DNA from: Camelus ferus
Lineage: Eukaryota
Length of the DNA stretch: 64,000 nucleotides
Reading direction: 5' to 3'
Assembly (NCBI RefSeq): GCF_009834535.1
Contig: NC_045697.1
Location: forward strand, 87,670,001-87,734,000
Under the pieces are notes generated by a model. That model was not told the DNA's origin. It was given only the letters and a program-made list of their open reading frames with translations, and did not search any database. Positions 1 to 10,600 of this stretch are shown here, piece after piece (the first letter of the stretch is position 1; each line of letters starts with the position of its first letter). Position numbers and translations under genes: made by a program.

Positions 1-136
1 TTCCTCCTCCCTTCACCAATACCTTCCTTTTCTCCTTTTTCTTCCTTTCTCTTCCTCCTCCCTTCTCCTCCCCAACACTTTTCTTCTCTCCTCCTCCCCT
101 CTCTCATCTTCTCTTCTTTCTCCCATTCCTCCTCCC
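1..136. repeat. C/T-rich low-complexity (polypyrimidine) tract
   Basis: Almost entirely C and T (ttcctcctcc...ctcttctttc). It explains the E/R/G-rich minus-strand ORF 13..213. Confidence 0.9.
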
Positions 137-1461
137 AGGGTTTTCAGACCTCTTAACAACAGGTACGATGGAGAATGTGCACACATACAAAGGCAACTCA
201 GGTTAAAACTCAATGCTTCACTGCATTGTAGAAAATTCCAGACCTTCTTTCATTGTAAAAGCTGCTTAATGCTACATTAGAAGCAACCTTAGTCCTGAAG
301 CAGCCTGCTGCCTGGAAGTAACACAGAAGCAAACAGGAATCTCCTTCCTCCAGGCAAAATGGCCATTCAGAGGAGGAGGATGTCATGTCAGCACTACAGA
401 TGGAAGAACCCACACAATTCCTTCTACGGCCACATGCTGGACAGTTTTCAGAAACAGTATGGTAGCTGGTTACTTTGATCTGGTTTTTATTTTCCCACAT
501 AACTAAGGGTGTCCATCTCAATCTTAGGGGAATGAGGCAGGTTTTCTGAAATATTCTTATCCTCTGATTATTATGAAAGCTTCCATCATCCTCATTTCAT
601 TTTCTGGTTAATTTTTGGTTACAAAACAAACACCTTTCCCTCCCAACCTCCAAAGCTAAACCATAAAGGAGATTACAGAGTTAGGACAAGGTCATGAGAG
701 GAGAACATCCCAGGTATAGAAGGGGAAAGGGTTTGGTGAAAGAGGGCGCCTTTGAGGGTTGACCAGTTGACCTGTATCTGAAGGCATCTTTAGGACTATG
801 CAGCTTTAACTTCTGGAGTGCTTTTAAAACCCCAGATCTATTCTGAGCTCACAAAACTCTGACACTTATGTATCAGAAAAATTCTTAGTTCAGAAGAACT
901 CAATTTATTCTCCAGTCTCTATAGCTGATTGCCTTGTGAGCACTGGCTGTACGTTGTTGACCCAGTAGTGGGTGTGTGGGTGTCTCTTAGGTCTTCAGGA
1001 AGCACGCACTGCATGTTCGATAAGGGCTGAGTGATGGTGTATGCCTGCTTCGTGGTGCACGTGTCACATTTTAAAAAATTATCAAGTGTTAGATGCAATA
1101 TTGCTCTTTAAGATCCTTACAGGTAATACAAATAGAGAAATTGAGACTATTCAGGTGAGTAAAAATATAGACAACATATACTTGTAAAATAGTTGACTTT
1201 ACATCCAAGAAAACATGTGTTTTCAATAAGTGGGTGAGTGCAGAGGGAAAAAGTGCATGTTTAGCTGAGGCAGAAACAAGAGAGTAACTTATCAGGAAGG
1301 GTGCACTTCCAATGCTAGAAAGTCGAGATGTGGGTAAAGTCCTCTGAGAAGAGAGAGTGTAGTGGCATGGATGGTGACTTGAGGGGGAGGCTCAAGTAGA
1401 GTGGGTACTCTGTCTAGACTGAGGGGGCTGATGGAACTACCTTTTGTTTTCTGGTAACACT

Positions 1462-1914
1462 TGTCAGACCCTCTTTGATGAATATCGATTGGAGCCTAGA
1501 TCCCCTTCAGATGAAATTCTGTCGCCCAGCCACTGGGAGAGCTGATCCCAGGTAGCCTTCAGCTGTTGGTCCCTTCAGGGACTTCCTCAGCTGCACAGAG
1601 CCACCTTGCCTAAGGTCACATCTTTTCCAGTGTGGCCGGCACCACACCTAGTGACTGATCAAGGATCAGGTTTACAAGTCCAGTCCCTTTGGCCTTACCT
1701 GGGGAAATTCTGATGGCTTATTTTAGCTCTGAAACCTGCTATGGGGTCAGCTAAAGCTGCTGTCAGGCCTCTATCAAAGCTCAGTTTCCTTCTGCCCAGT
1801 CCTGCTTCCGTCCCTACCTTTCCACAGGTGCTGATCCTAAGAGCACTCTCTAATAACTGTTCTACACTCTGACTCCATCTCACAGTCTACTTCTTGGAGA
1901 ACCCACCTGTGACA
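1462..1914 (+). mobile_element. ERVL solo LTR, LTR16-like
   Basis: Starts tgtcag and ends gtgaca. The 3' part (ggtgctgatcctaagagcactctctaataa...ctccatctcacagtctacttcttggagaacccacctgtgaca) resembles the LTR16 3' end as I recall it. Confidence 0.75.
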
Positions 1915-1924
1915 CCCTTTCAGT

Positions 1925-2105
1925 CTTCTATGTTATTTAATCTTCGTAATAACTCCCCGAGGTTGGTATTACTAGCTCTATTACACAGGTGAGAGGTTAA
2001 GACTTAGGTTAAATAACTCACCGGAAGTCAAATCAAACACGCTGGCTTCCACATTTTGGTCTATTTAGCTACAGTATCCATGCTCTTTTCAGTATATCAT
2101 GCTGC
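1925..2105 (-). mobile_element. MIR SINE
   Basis: ttatttaatcttcgtaataac...acaggtgagagg...ggttaaataactcacc is the reverse complement of the MIR core. Confidence 0.75.
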
Positions 2106-2389
2106 CTGCTAAAAGGGTTAGCAGTAGCCACACAGCTTCAGTCATGTACAGTAGAGACTGGGTAATTACTTGTGTGCCCTCATTCAGTCAGCAGCTATCT
2201 ACTAAATACTCACCAGTGTACCAGAAATTTTACAGTTATAAAAGGAAGAAATGTGAAATGTGAAATAGATTTGCTATTTAAACAAAAGATTTGTAGACAC
2301 TGGAAAGATTCTTGTGTCTGCTCTGTAATGCCACCCTACATGTCTAAGGTCAGCTTTGACAGCATCTTTGAAGATCAGCCTTTATCAGT

Positions 2390-2822
2390 CATATTTTCTG
2401 TAGGAATTATAGTGGCATATGAAGGTGAAACAAAAAAAAGTGTTGTTTTGAAAGACTCAGTAAAGACAGGTACTAAAAAAATTGCTGCCACATTAGTTAT
2501 AACCAAAACAACTGTAAAATATCAGAAGAGGTTTTATATATCTAGGAAAGATGTATACTTATATTGCTTCTCAAATATATAAAAGTTTTCACTTTAAAGA
2601 GCACAAATGGAAATCTTAGATGCTGCATTTTGATTATGATTCATTCTGGAAAGAAAAAGAATGGTCTCATACCAAAAAAAAAAAAAAAAAAAAAATTGGC
2701 CCAACATCAAAAGATTGTCAAAACAAGTATACATTTATATGTTTTGAGTTAGAACAAAATATTTGAGGCATGTATGCATCATTTTTTTGTGATTCCCTAC
2801 TTTAACCAACTTTTTCTGTTGG
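2390..2822 (+). mobile_element. TcMar-Tigger DNA transposon relic (Tigger13a-like)
   Basis: ORF 2172..2582 contains KKIAATLVITKTTVK, like the N-terminal HTH of pogo/Tigger transposases. Downstream ttggcccaacatcaaaagattg...atgtatgcatcattttt...ttccctactttaaccaac resembles a Tigger 3' region. Confidence 0.6.
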
Positions 2823-3764
2823 CCACAGTTGCTGTTAAACTGAGTTTCTCCACTATGTTTATTAAGAACTTATATCCCCCAAACAGTATTTCTCATAAAG
2901 AATATATTCAATAAAAGTTTGTTATATGAGTGAATCATCCAAAAATATATGAGATGAAAATTATTTTATGAAACATATAGTGTAGAGTATATGCAAGTAC
3001 CACGTGTAGATTTCTGTACAATTTCTAGTTTGCTTCATTGGGGGAAATATTCACCCGTTCTTCTTCTGGAAGAAAGATCACATCTGATCTTTCTTTGTCA
3101 GTGGCCTACTGAATGAACTTTGCTTTTTCACTTTTATTGTGTTTTTTTAGAGAACCATTTAAAATAGTTATACAATAAGGCAACACATTTAGAAAAACAA
3201 CAGCTCAAATAACAGCAAAAACCTCCAAGTTATAAGCTAATGTTGATCAGAACCAAAACAAAAACAAGTGCTTAATCTCACACAATACTGCAGCTATTTA
3301 CCTTTTCCTGTAAATATACTTACCCTTAACCTATAATTAACCGCTACTTCACCCCGTCTTTTCTGTGTGACTTGTTGACTCCCAAATCTCTGGACAGTAA
3401 TGACCTTCCTTTCTATTGCAGGCTCATCATACTTTGCCATGTATGTAACATCTACTTTCAGAACTGCTCCCTTTTTTAACATGCAACTATGTAAAGAGAG
3501 TGCGCTCTCCTGGCTTTCCCTGGGTTTGTATTGATTCTCCACACATAGCGGAGTGAGAAAGCAAACATGACGCCACAGAACTGTGTTAGTCTTGGTGACC
3601 AAGTGGCTTGGGTTAAAGTCATTAGTTGGAATTCCTTGCTAAGTCTTTATGTTGTCTGACTGTAGGCACCACAGAGGGCTGAAGATACGTGATTTTGTGC
3701 AGTAGCAAGAGATCCCACGTGCCTATTTACATTATTAAAGAGAAGATGATTTCCTTAAAGCGAA

Positions 3765-4470
3765 TCAACAGTTTTTGAGTTAATATGTGTCAGGTGCTGT
3801 CTGAGATGCTAGAAGGTATATGGAGACATGGAGACATGTGATCAAAGGATTCATAATTTAGTTGAAGATACAGAGGAGGGGCCCTGGCATTCCAGGATTG
3901 GCTGGGGAAGGGGCTGGGGGCTGAGGAGAAAAAGCTGAAAAAGCTGAATGTAGGAAATGTAGATGCTCTTCAGAAAATAATTAATAAATATTTTTGGTAA
4001 AGGTTCTTACAGAGGAAAGTAGATAAGATGATGCACTAAAGGAGGTTTTGGTCAGCTTAGACAGTTGAGGTAGAGAATATTGGTTTACAGATGAAGGAGC
4101 ATTAGCTTCAAAACACACATCTGGTTTTTTCAAAGTGTGTCCCATAGAACATAAATTTAGAAAGTTTTGAAGACACATACTATTGGAGAGAGAGAGAGGG
4201 AAAAAAAAACAGTTCCAGAGGTAATTTCATTTGGCAAATATTGAATAAGTATGTTTTTTTCTTTAGGAATTATTAGTCTTTAATATATTAGTATGTATTA
4301 TAAATTTCCAAGAGAGTGAAAGGTATAGTATATAATGTTTTATAAACCTATGGAAATGAAAAGTAAGGCTCAAAGAATCAATGTCTGGAAGGACAAATTG
4401 ATGTGACTTGGTGACTGATTAAATACATGAAGAAAGAGTATAAACAAAGGTAAAAGATGTTGAAGATGAG
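3765..4470 (-). mobile_element. L2 LINE fragments, interrupted by a hAT MITE
   Basis: caacagtttttgagttaatatgtgtcaggtgctg matches the L2 3' end in reverse. gacttggtgactgattaaata near 4405 is also L2-like. Confidence 0.55.
4120..4352. mobile_element. hAT-Charlie MITE, MER5C-like
   Basis: ttttttcaaagtgtgtcccatagaac ... aaaacagttccagaggt ... ctttaatatattagtatgtattataaatttccaagagag...tatagtat resembles MER5C. Confidence 0.5.
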
Positions 4471-4997
4471 AGATTGTAAAAAAATCTTTTTGCTATCTCA
4501 CTGCTGTCATTTGTTGAGCTGCTATTACATGACAGGTACTGAGGATAAGGGACTGGGACTCAGAAATTTAAGTAATTTGTCTAGGGTCATATGGCTAATA
4601 GGTGGTTGTCACAATCGTGCAATCACAGTGTACTGAAATGATTGATGGAGAGACACTAAAGACGTAAGTGAAAGGATGTAAAGTTCCTTTAATCACAAAG
4701 GATGTAGAAGCTTATGGTACCAATTACACAAAGCAGGAGGCAGCACACAGCACTCCCAGATGGAAGTACAGGTGTAGCCAGTACACGCTACACAGTGTGA
4801 GCGTTTTTTTTTTTTAAATCTATATGACCGTCTGCGAGTCACTGGTACAAAATAACGCCTCCAAATTCTCGAGTGCTTATTGTGGAACCAGGTGAATAAA
4901 AGGTCATTTTCCCAGAAATGGCATCTCATAAGAGGCACAAGCTATAGGCCTATCCAAGGTCCATTTTTTCTGTTTTTTGGTCAGAGCAATGAATGTG

Positions 4998-5979
4998 TTT
5001 ATTTGTTTTTCAAATTGAAGTGTAGTTGGTTTAAAATGTGTTAGTTTATGGTGTACAGCGTAGTGATTCAGTTATACATGTATATATATTCTTTTTCATA
5101 TTCTTTTCATTTAGGCTAATACAAGATACTGAATAGAGTTCCCTGTGCTATATATAGTAGGACCTTGTTGTTTATCTGCTTTGTATATAGTAGTTTGTAT
5201 CTGCTAATCCCAAACTCTTAATTTATCCTTCCTCCCTTTTCCCCTTTGGTAAATAAGTTTGTTGTCTATGTCTGTGAGTCTGTTTCTATTTTGCAAATAA
5301 GATCATTTGTGTCATTTTTTTAGATTCCACATATAAGTGATATCATATGGTATTTGTCTTTGACTTACTTCACTTAGCATGATAATATCTAGGTGCATTT
5401 GTTTTGCTGCAAATGGCATTATTTCATTCTTTTTAATGACCAAGTAGTATTCCATTGAATATTTGTATATATATAATCTCACAACTTCTCAACTTCTTTA
5501 TCTAGTCATCTATCCATGGACACTTAGGTTGCTTCCATGTCTTGGCTATTGTAAATAGTGCTGCTAGGAACATTGAGGTGCATGTATGTTTTCAAGTTAA
5601 AGTTTTTTTCCAGCTATATGTCCAGAAATGGGATTGCTAGATCATAGGGTAAGTCTATTTTTAGTTTTTAAAGGCATCTCTGTACTATTTTCCATAATGC
5701 CTGCACCAAAGTACATTCCCACCAACAGTATAGAATGGTACCCTTTTCTCCACACCCTCTCTAGAATTTATCTTTTGTGGACTTTTTAATGATGGCCATT
5801 CTGACTGGTGTGAGGTGATAACCTCATTGTAGTTTTGATTTGCATTTCTCTGATAATTAGCAATAATAAGCATCTTTTCATGTGCCTATTGGTCATCTGT
5901 ATGTCTTCATTGGAGAAAACAAAAAAAGCAAACAACCCAGTCAAAAAATGGGCAGAAAACCTAAACAGACATTTCTCCA
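4998..5979 (-). mobile_element. Cetartiodactyl-type L1, 5'-truncated, with an inverted 5' segment
   Basis: T-rich tail at the left and a typical 3'UTR (aattgaagtgtagttg...gattccacatataagtgatatc). ORF2 C-terminal peptide [29 protein letters not shown] lies in ORF 5786..5986. Bases 5919-5979 are L1 in the opposite orientation. Confidence 0.92.
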
Positions 5980-6444
5980 CTGACATTCATCCTTATACAT
6001 TGTAATTGGTAGAGCCAGGATTTAACTCCAGGTCTACTTTGTTTCAGAGCCCCAACTTTCCTCCTATACTTTGTTGATTTTGTGTACAGATAGAAGAATG
6101 GTGAAGCCATGAGAACACCACTGCCTGCCTGTATTCCCAGTCCAGGTCTGCTGGAGAACTTGACTTCCTTCGCTCCATAGCTTGGGCATCAAACTTAACT
6201 TTGTTTAAGCCCCTGTGGCTTAACTTACTTTTTTTAGGTCCTCCATGCAAAAGGAAATTAGTACTACATGTTTTAAGGGATTCACTGGGTATCAGATCCC
6301 TGGTGGGTTGTTTAAAGCAGAGATTACTCTCTGGTTGTACATCTTTGTCTTATGCCCCTAGGGCTATGGTGTTATGACATGTACAACCTATACTTTGCCA
6401 GAACAGACCCTCCCAAAGGAAGATCATCAAGATCACTTTTGACA

Positions 6445-6650
6445 GTCACACTTCTGAGTCCTGACATGAGCTTCCCCATTTAACCTCACAGCAATGGGAT
6501 GAGGGATGATGGGATAAATACTCTCAGCGTCCTCCTTTTTAAAAAATCTAAGTAACAGAGAGAGTAAGTAATTTTCTTGAGGTGACATACTTGGTAAATG
6601 GTAGAACTCAAAACCAGGGGGTGAAGCTTTGGACTCTGTGTTTTGAACTC
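6445..6650 (-). mobile_element. MIR SINE
   Basis: catttaacctcacagcaat...gtaagtaattttcttgaggtgacatacttggtaaatggtagaac. Confidence 0.7.
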
Positions 6651-7194
6651 CTAGCTGAGGTCGTCATGGCCATGAGAGGCACCCGCGGTGCAGGTGGTCA
6701 CGGCCATGGGAGGCATGCTGCGGGACTGGTGTCTGATTCAGCTCATTTGCCACTTTCTGTCACTGCTGCTCTTAGTTTTTCTGCCTCTTGGAAATCTTGT
6801 GAGGCTAATTCTGCTGTCACTCCCAGCTTCACCTTGAGTTCTTTTTCTTTTTTTTAATGACATTTAACCTTGATGTCCTTCATTCGATGGCAAAGCCCAC
6901 CTTCAGGGCTCCTTGCTTTGATAAACACTGATGGGTATGAGGCTGTGTCCTCCCTTGGGCATTGCGATGCGTTTACCTTTTTTCTTCCTTTTTTAAACCA
7001 TGTACACGTTGTCACAAATTTTAAAAAACAAATGTTATCTTTCTTTCTGTTGCGAAAATTAGACATGTTTTATTGGGAGGTGGAAGGATTTGGTAGACAT
7101 TCAAAATTGTCCAAAATCCTCTCTCTCTTAATGACTTTTATCATGAATATTCTAATTCTCTAAATTGCATCTTCTTTTTTCCTTACAAAACCAA

Positions 7195-7625
7195 CCTCTG
7201 TTGATCTCCTACTATATGTAGGTACCATGTTAGGAGCATGAAGATAAATAAGAGAATGTCCTGATCTTCAAGTGCTCAGTGTCTCAGAGGACAGAGGTAC
7301 ATAAACAGCCAGGACAATGTGAAAAATGTAATGCTAAAAGAGTGTTAACAGTACCCAGGGAATAAGGAGGAGCTAGAGAAAGGACATATTCGATCTGGGG
7401 CTTTGGGACGTGAGCAGGAATTCACTAGTTGGGAAAGAGAGCAAAGGGCAAGCGAGGCAGAGTGAGCTGTGCAGGCAAAGGCATGGGGTCCTGAAAGGTG
7501 CATTGGAGGAATAAATTGACCCCTGGTATGCATAAAGCACAGAATGTATGTAGAAGGATGGAAAGAAGTGATCATAGACCAGCCTTATATGCCGTCGGGC
7601 TTACGTCTCTAGGCAGTGGGAAGCC
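7195..7625 (-). mobile_element. L2 LINE fragment
   Basis: ctcctactatatgtaggtaccatgttaggagcatg...tcctgatcttcaagtgctcagtgtc, followed by the purine-rich L2 body. Confidence 0.7.
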
Positions 7626-10600
7626 CCCTTTGCCAGGTTCAGTCTTTGTCGGAACACCTTCCCTGCTCCAAGATCTTCCCTTAGTCACCGCTCAGTAGTC
7701 ACGCTGGGCGGGCTCAAAAGGGAAAGCAGCTTCTGATTTCAAGAAAAAAATTAGTTCCCTTACCTTTCAGTATGAAAAAAGTTCCGGCCTTTACCAAACA
7801 AACGAGAAGTGGTTGAAGTAACATTTGCCAGGCCAGACAGGTTTCTCCACCAATTACGCTGCATGGTTTTCAGAATCGCATGCAATACTGGTTTCATGAA
7901 GACGAGGGATTATTTACTAAAGCCTTTTTCTAAGTGAGCCTCTCTAGGTGACCCTTGGAAACAGGCCATTTCATGTGCATTTGAAATATTAGTATAATCC
8001 TTGCCCTTCCCCAAATTATGAAGTGTCTAGTTATAAAACCACTCCTCCTTGCAGCCTGGGTACATTTTCTGTAAGGCTGATCATTTTCTTTTCAAATTTG
8101 TGCATAAATGTTTCTCTGATTTTTTTTCTTGGAACTTTATCTTGATCGTATCTTTATGAATCCATTTCATTGCCTGCCCTGCTCATATCCCTTTTTAGGA
8201 AAACTCACCATTCCACAGCCCTGGGGAAGCAGCATGGCCCCACGACCTCCTCCAGCTTCCCAGTCACTGGACGAACATTTGACCCAAAAACAGCTAGTCC
8301 CTTTTCTCATTAGTAATAAAGCAAACATCTCTTTTTGAGTTTCTTAATTAAGAGAACTCATGTCTGTAGACAGTAACGTAGACATTGATTCTTCTATCCA
8401 CTCTTATGTTGGAATCATCTTCCTTAAAATTCCTCCATCCTAACTCTTTTATTCAACTGAGAACACACACACGCACTGTTGTGTTTTCCTGATATCTATT
8501 CATTAATTTAACAGATAGTTATTTCATGTTTCCAGTGTATATGAGCTTATTGTCACAAACCCTGATACTCCATGGCATGGTGTGGAGAATTTCTAAACAA
8601 TCTCTATAAAATGTCTATCCCTTTTTTTTTTCCCCCAGAGTGGTGGCACGAGAACAGATTAAATACTTCCCATATCAACTTATATTTACCATGTTATGAA
8701 TATGATGACTCCCTATTGTCTGTCTTAAACCAGGCATGATTGTTAGCTTTGTATCAGGACCAAACAGATGGCGCAGTGGGCTTCCTGCCACGTGGGAGGG
8801 ACCTCTGCAACACACTCACGCAGGTGCACCGTACAGTCACTGACTTTTTTAAAGGACAAAATAATAATGACTAAAGGCAGTTGAAATGAGCATGGCCTGG
8901 AGGTGTGGCTTAATTTATTTTTCTTACAACGTATATATATTTGTGTAATTCTAAGGAATTAGGTGAGCCATAAAGTTGTTAATGCCTTGAGGCCTTTTAT
9001 ATAAACAAGGAATCACACAGGAGGAAGTCACATCACGCCTTTCCTTGGTGTGCAAATACACGGATCACCGCAGCCGAAGCGCTTGTACGGCAGTTCACAC
9101 CGGTTGTGCCGATGGTGTAGTCTTGTTCATTCCTCAGTTAGGGGCAGCTAAAGCTTGCTCTCTGTATCACTGGAAGGAGAAGCATAGAATACCATATTAT
9201 ACATGAGCGCTCTGTAGTTTTATTTTTGCTAAATGGAAGCAAAAGCTGGAATGTTCCATTGAGCAACACCTCAAAGTTAGTTGTTTCTGTGTTTTTGTTT
9301 TTGTTTTTTCCTGAGGGTGCATTTGGGGCATTTTAACCTCAACTTTCCAAATCTTTATCTTTTTTTTGGATTTGTGAGTTCTTTTCCTGTACTTCAGAGA
9401 TTTGCCTTGTGGGGACATGCCAGGCCCTCAAGGTTCCACTGGGCTACGGTATGAAGCCAGCAGACATGTCTGGAAGCTACCCGTGTCGCACAGCGAGCTT
9501 GCCGTGTAGACAGCACCAATCGCGTGAGACAGAATGCAAGACCACATAATAGAGGGGATTAGCTGAGGACAAAAATTTCTTAGCTTTATTTATAGTATCA
9601 TTGTGGAAGGATGAAAAGCTCTAAGTCAGCCTTGCCTGGGTGTGGACTTGCAATAATCCACTCAAAACTTTGATTGTTCCCTTGACTTTGCCTTGTAAAA
9701 GCTTCTGTGGCTCCTGTGGATTATTACTTCATAATGCTTGGACAAACATCAATTAACATACATCACAGCGTTTCCTTTTGTGTCCCTCCATGAGTGGAGG
9801 AGACCCAAAGACACAACGGGCTTGGAAACACTCGCATGGAGATTACAGGAGGCCAGGCTGTGCAGAGGACACAGGTGTGCTGTTCAATATGTGTTGAAAA
9901 TATTGCATTTCCTCTGGAGCTTGGAGTAATTACCAAGCCAGATCTCTAAAGAACGGCTTATTGGAAACCTTAGCTATTATAAGGACTATTTTTTTAAACC
10001 TGGGAAATTAGTTGTTGAAAATCAGGTGAAGCCAGTGAATCTGGCTGTTGAAATCGGAGACCACAGAAGTTATATTCGTTTTCATAGTCACTTGAGAACT
10101 TTTAAATGTCTTTTCAAAATTTCTCAGGGAGTTTAAGATGGGATTTCTTTCAAACAATATGAATACTAGAAATATACTTAACATAAATGTATGAAAATAT
10201 TTATATAATAGTCGATGTCCAAGAAAAATATTCCCATAGCAAGTTACATAATAGAGTTTTAAATATGCACCATTTCTTGCTGTTGGGTTTATTCTTGTAG
10301 AGATTTTTTTCTACTCATGATGTCAATACTATATGCAGCCGGAACAAATTAATGGACAAACTATTATCTTTATTGTCACTTACAGAAAATTGACAGCAGA
10401 TTTTTGTCCACTGTGACAGCCTTACAGTAATGTCAGCTCCGAATAGCTCTCGATGTGTGTTTATCTGATCATAATGAGTGTATTTATGTGGAAAGTCCTC
10501 AGAACATAGTAACGTTGGTAGTAAACACTGTAAATGATTTTAAAATGTACAATGGAATAAATCAATCATTTTAAGGATTATTTTACGTATTATTACGTAA

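Noticed and set aside
1123..1160. Possible micro-exon ending CAG|GTGAGT
   Set aside because: Weak acceptor, 32-nt length and unrecognised peptide.
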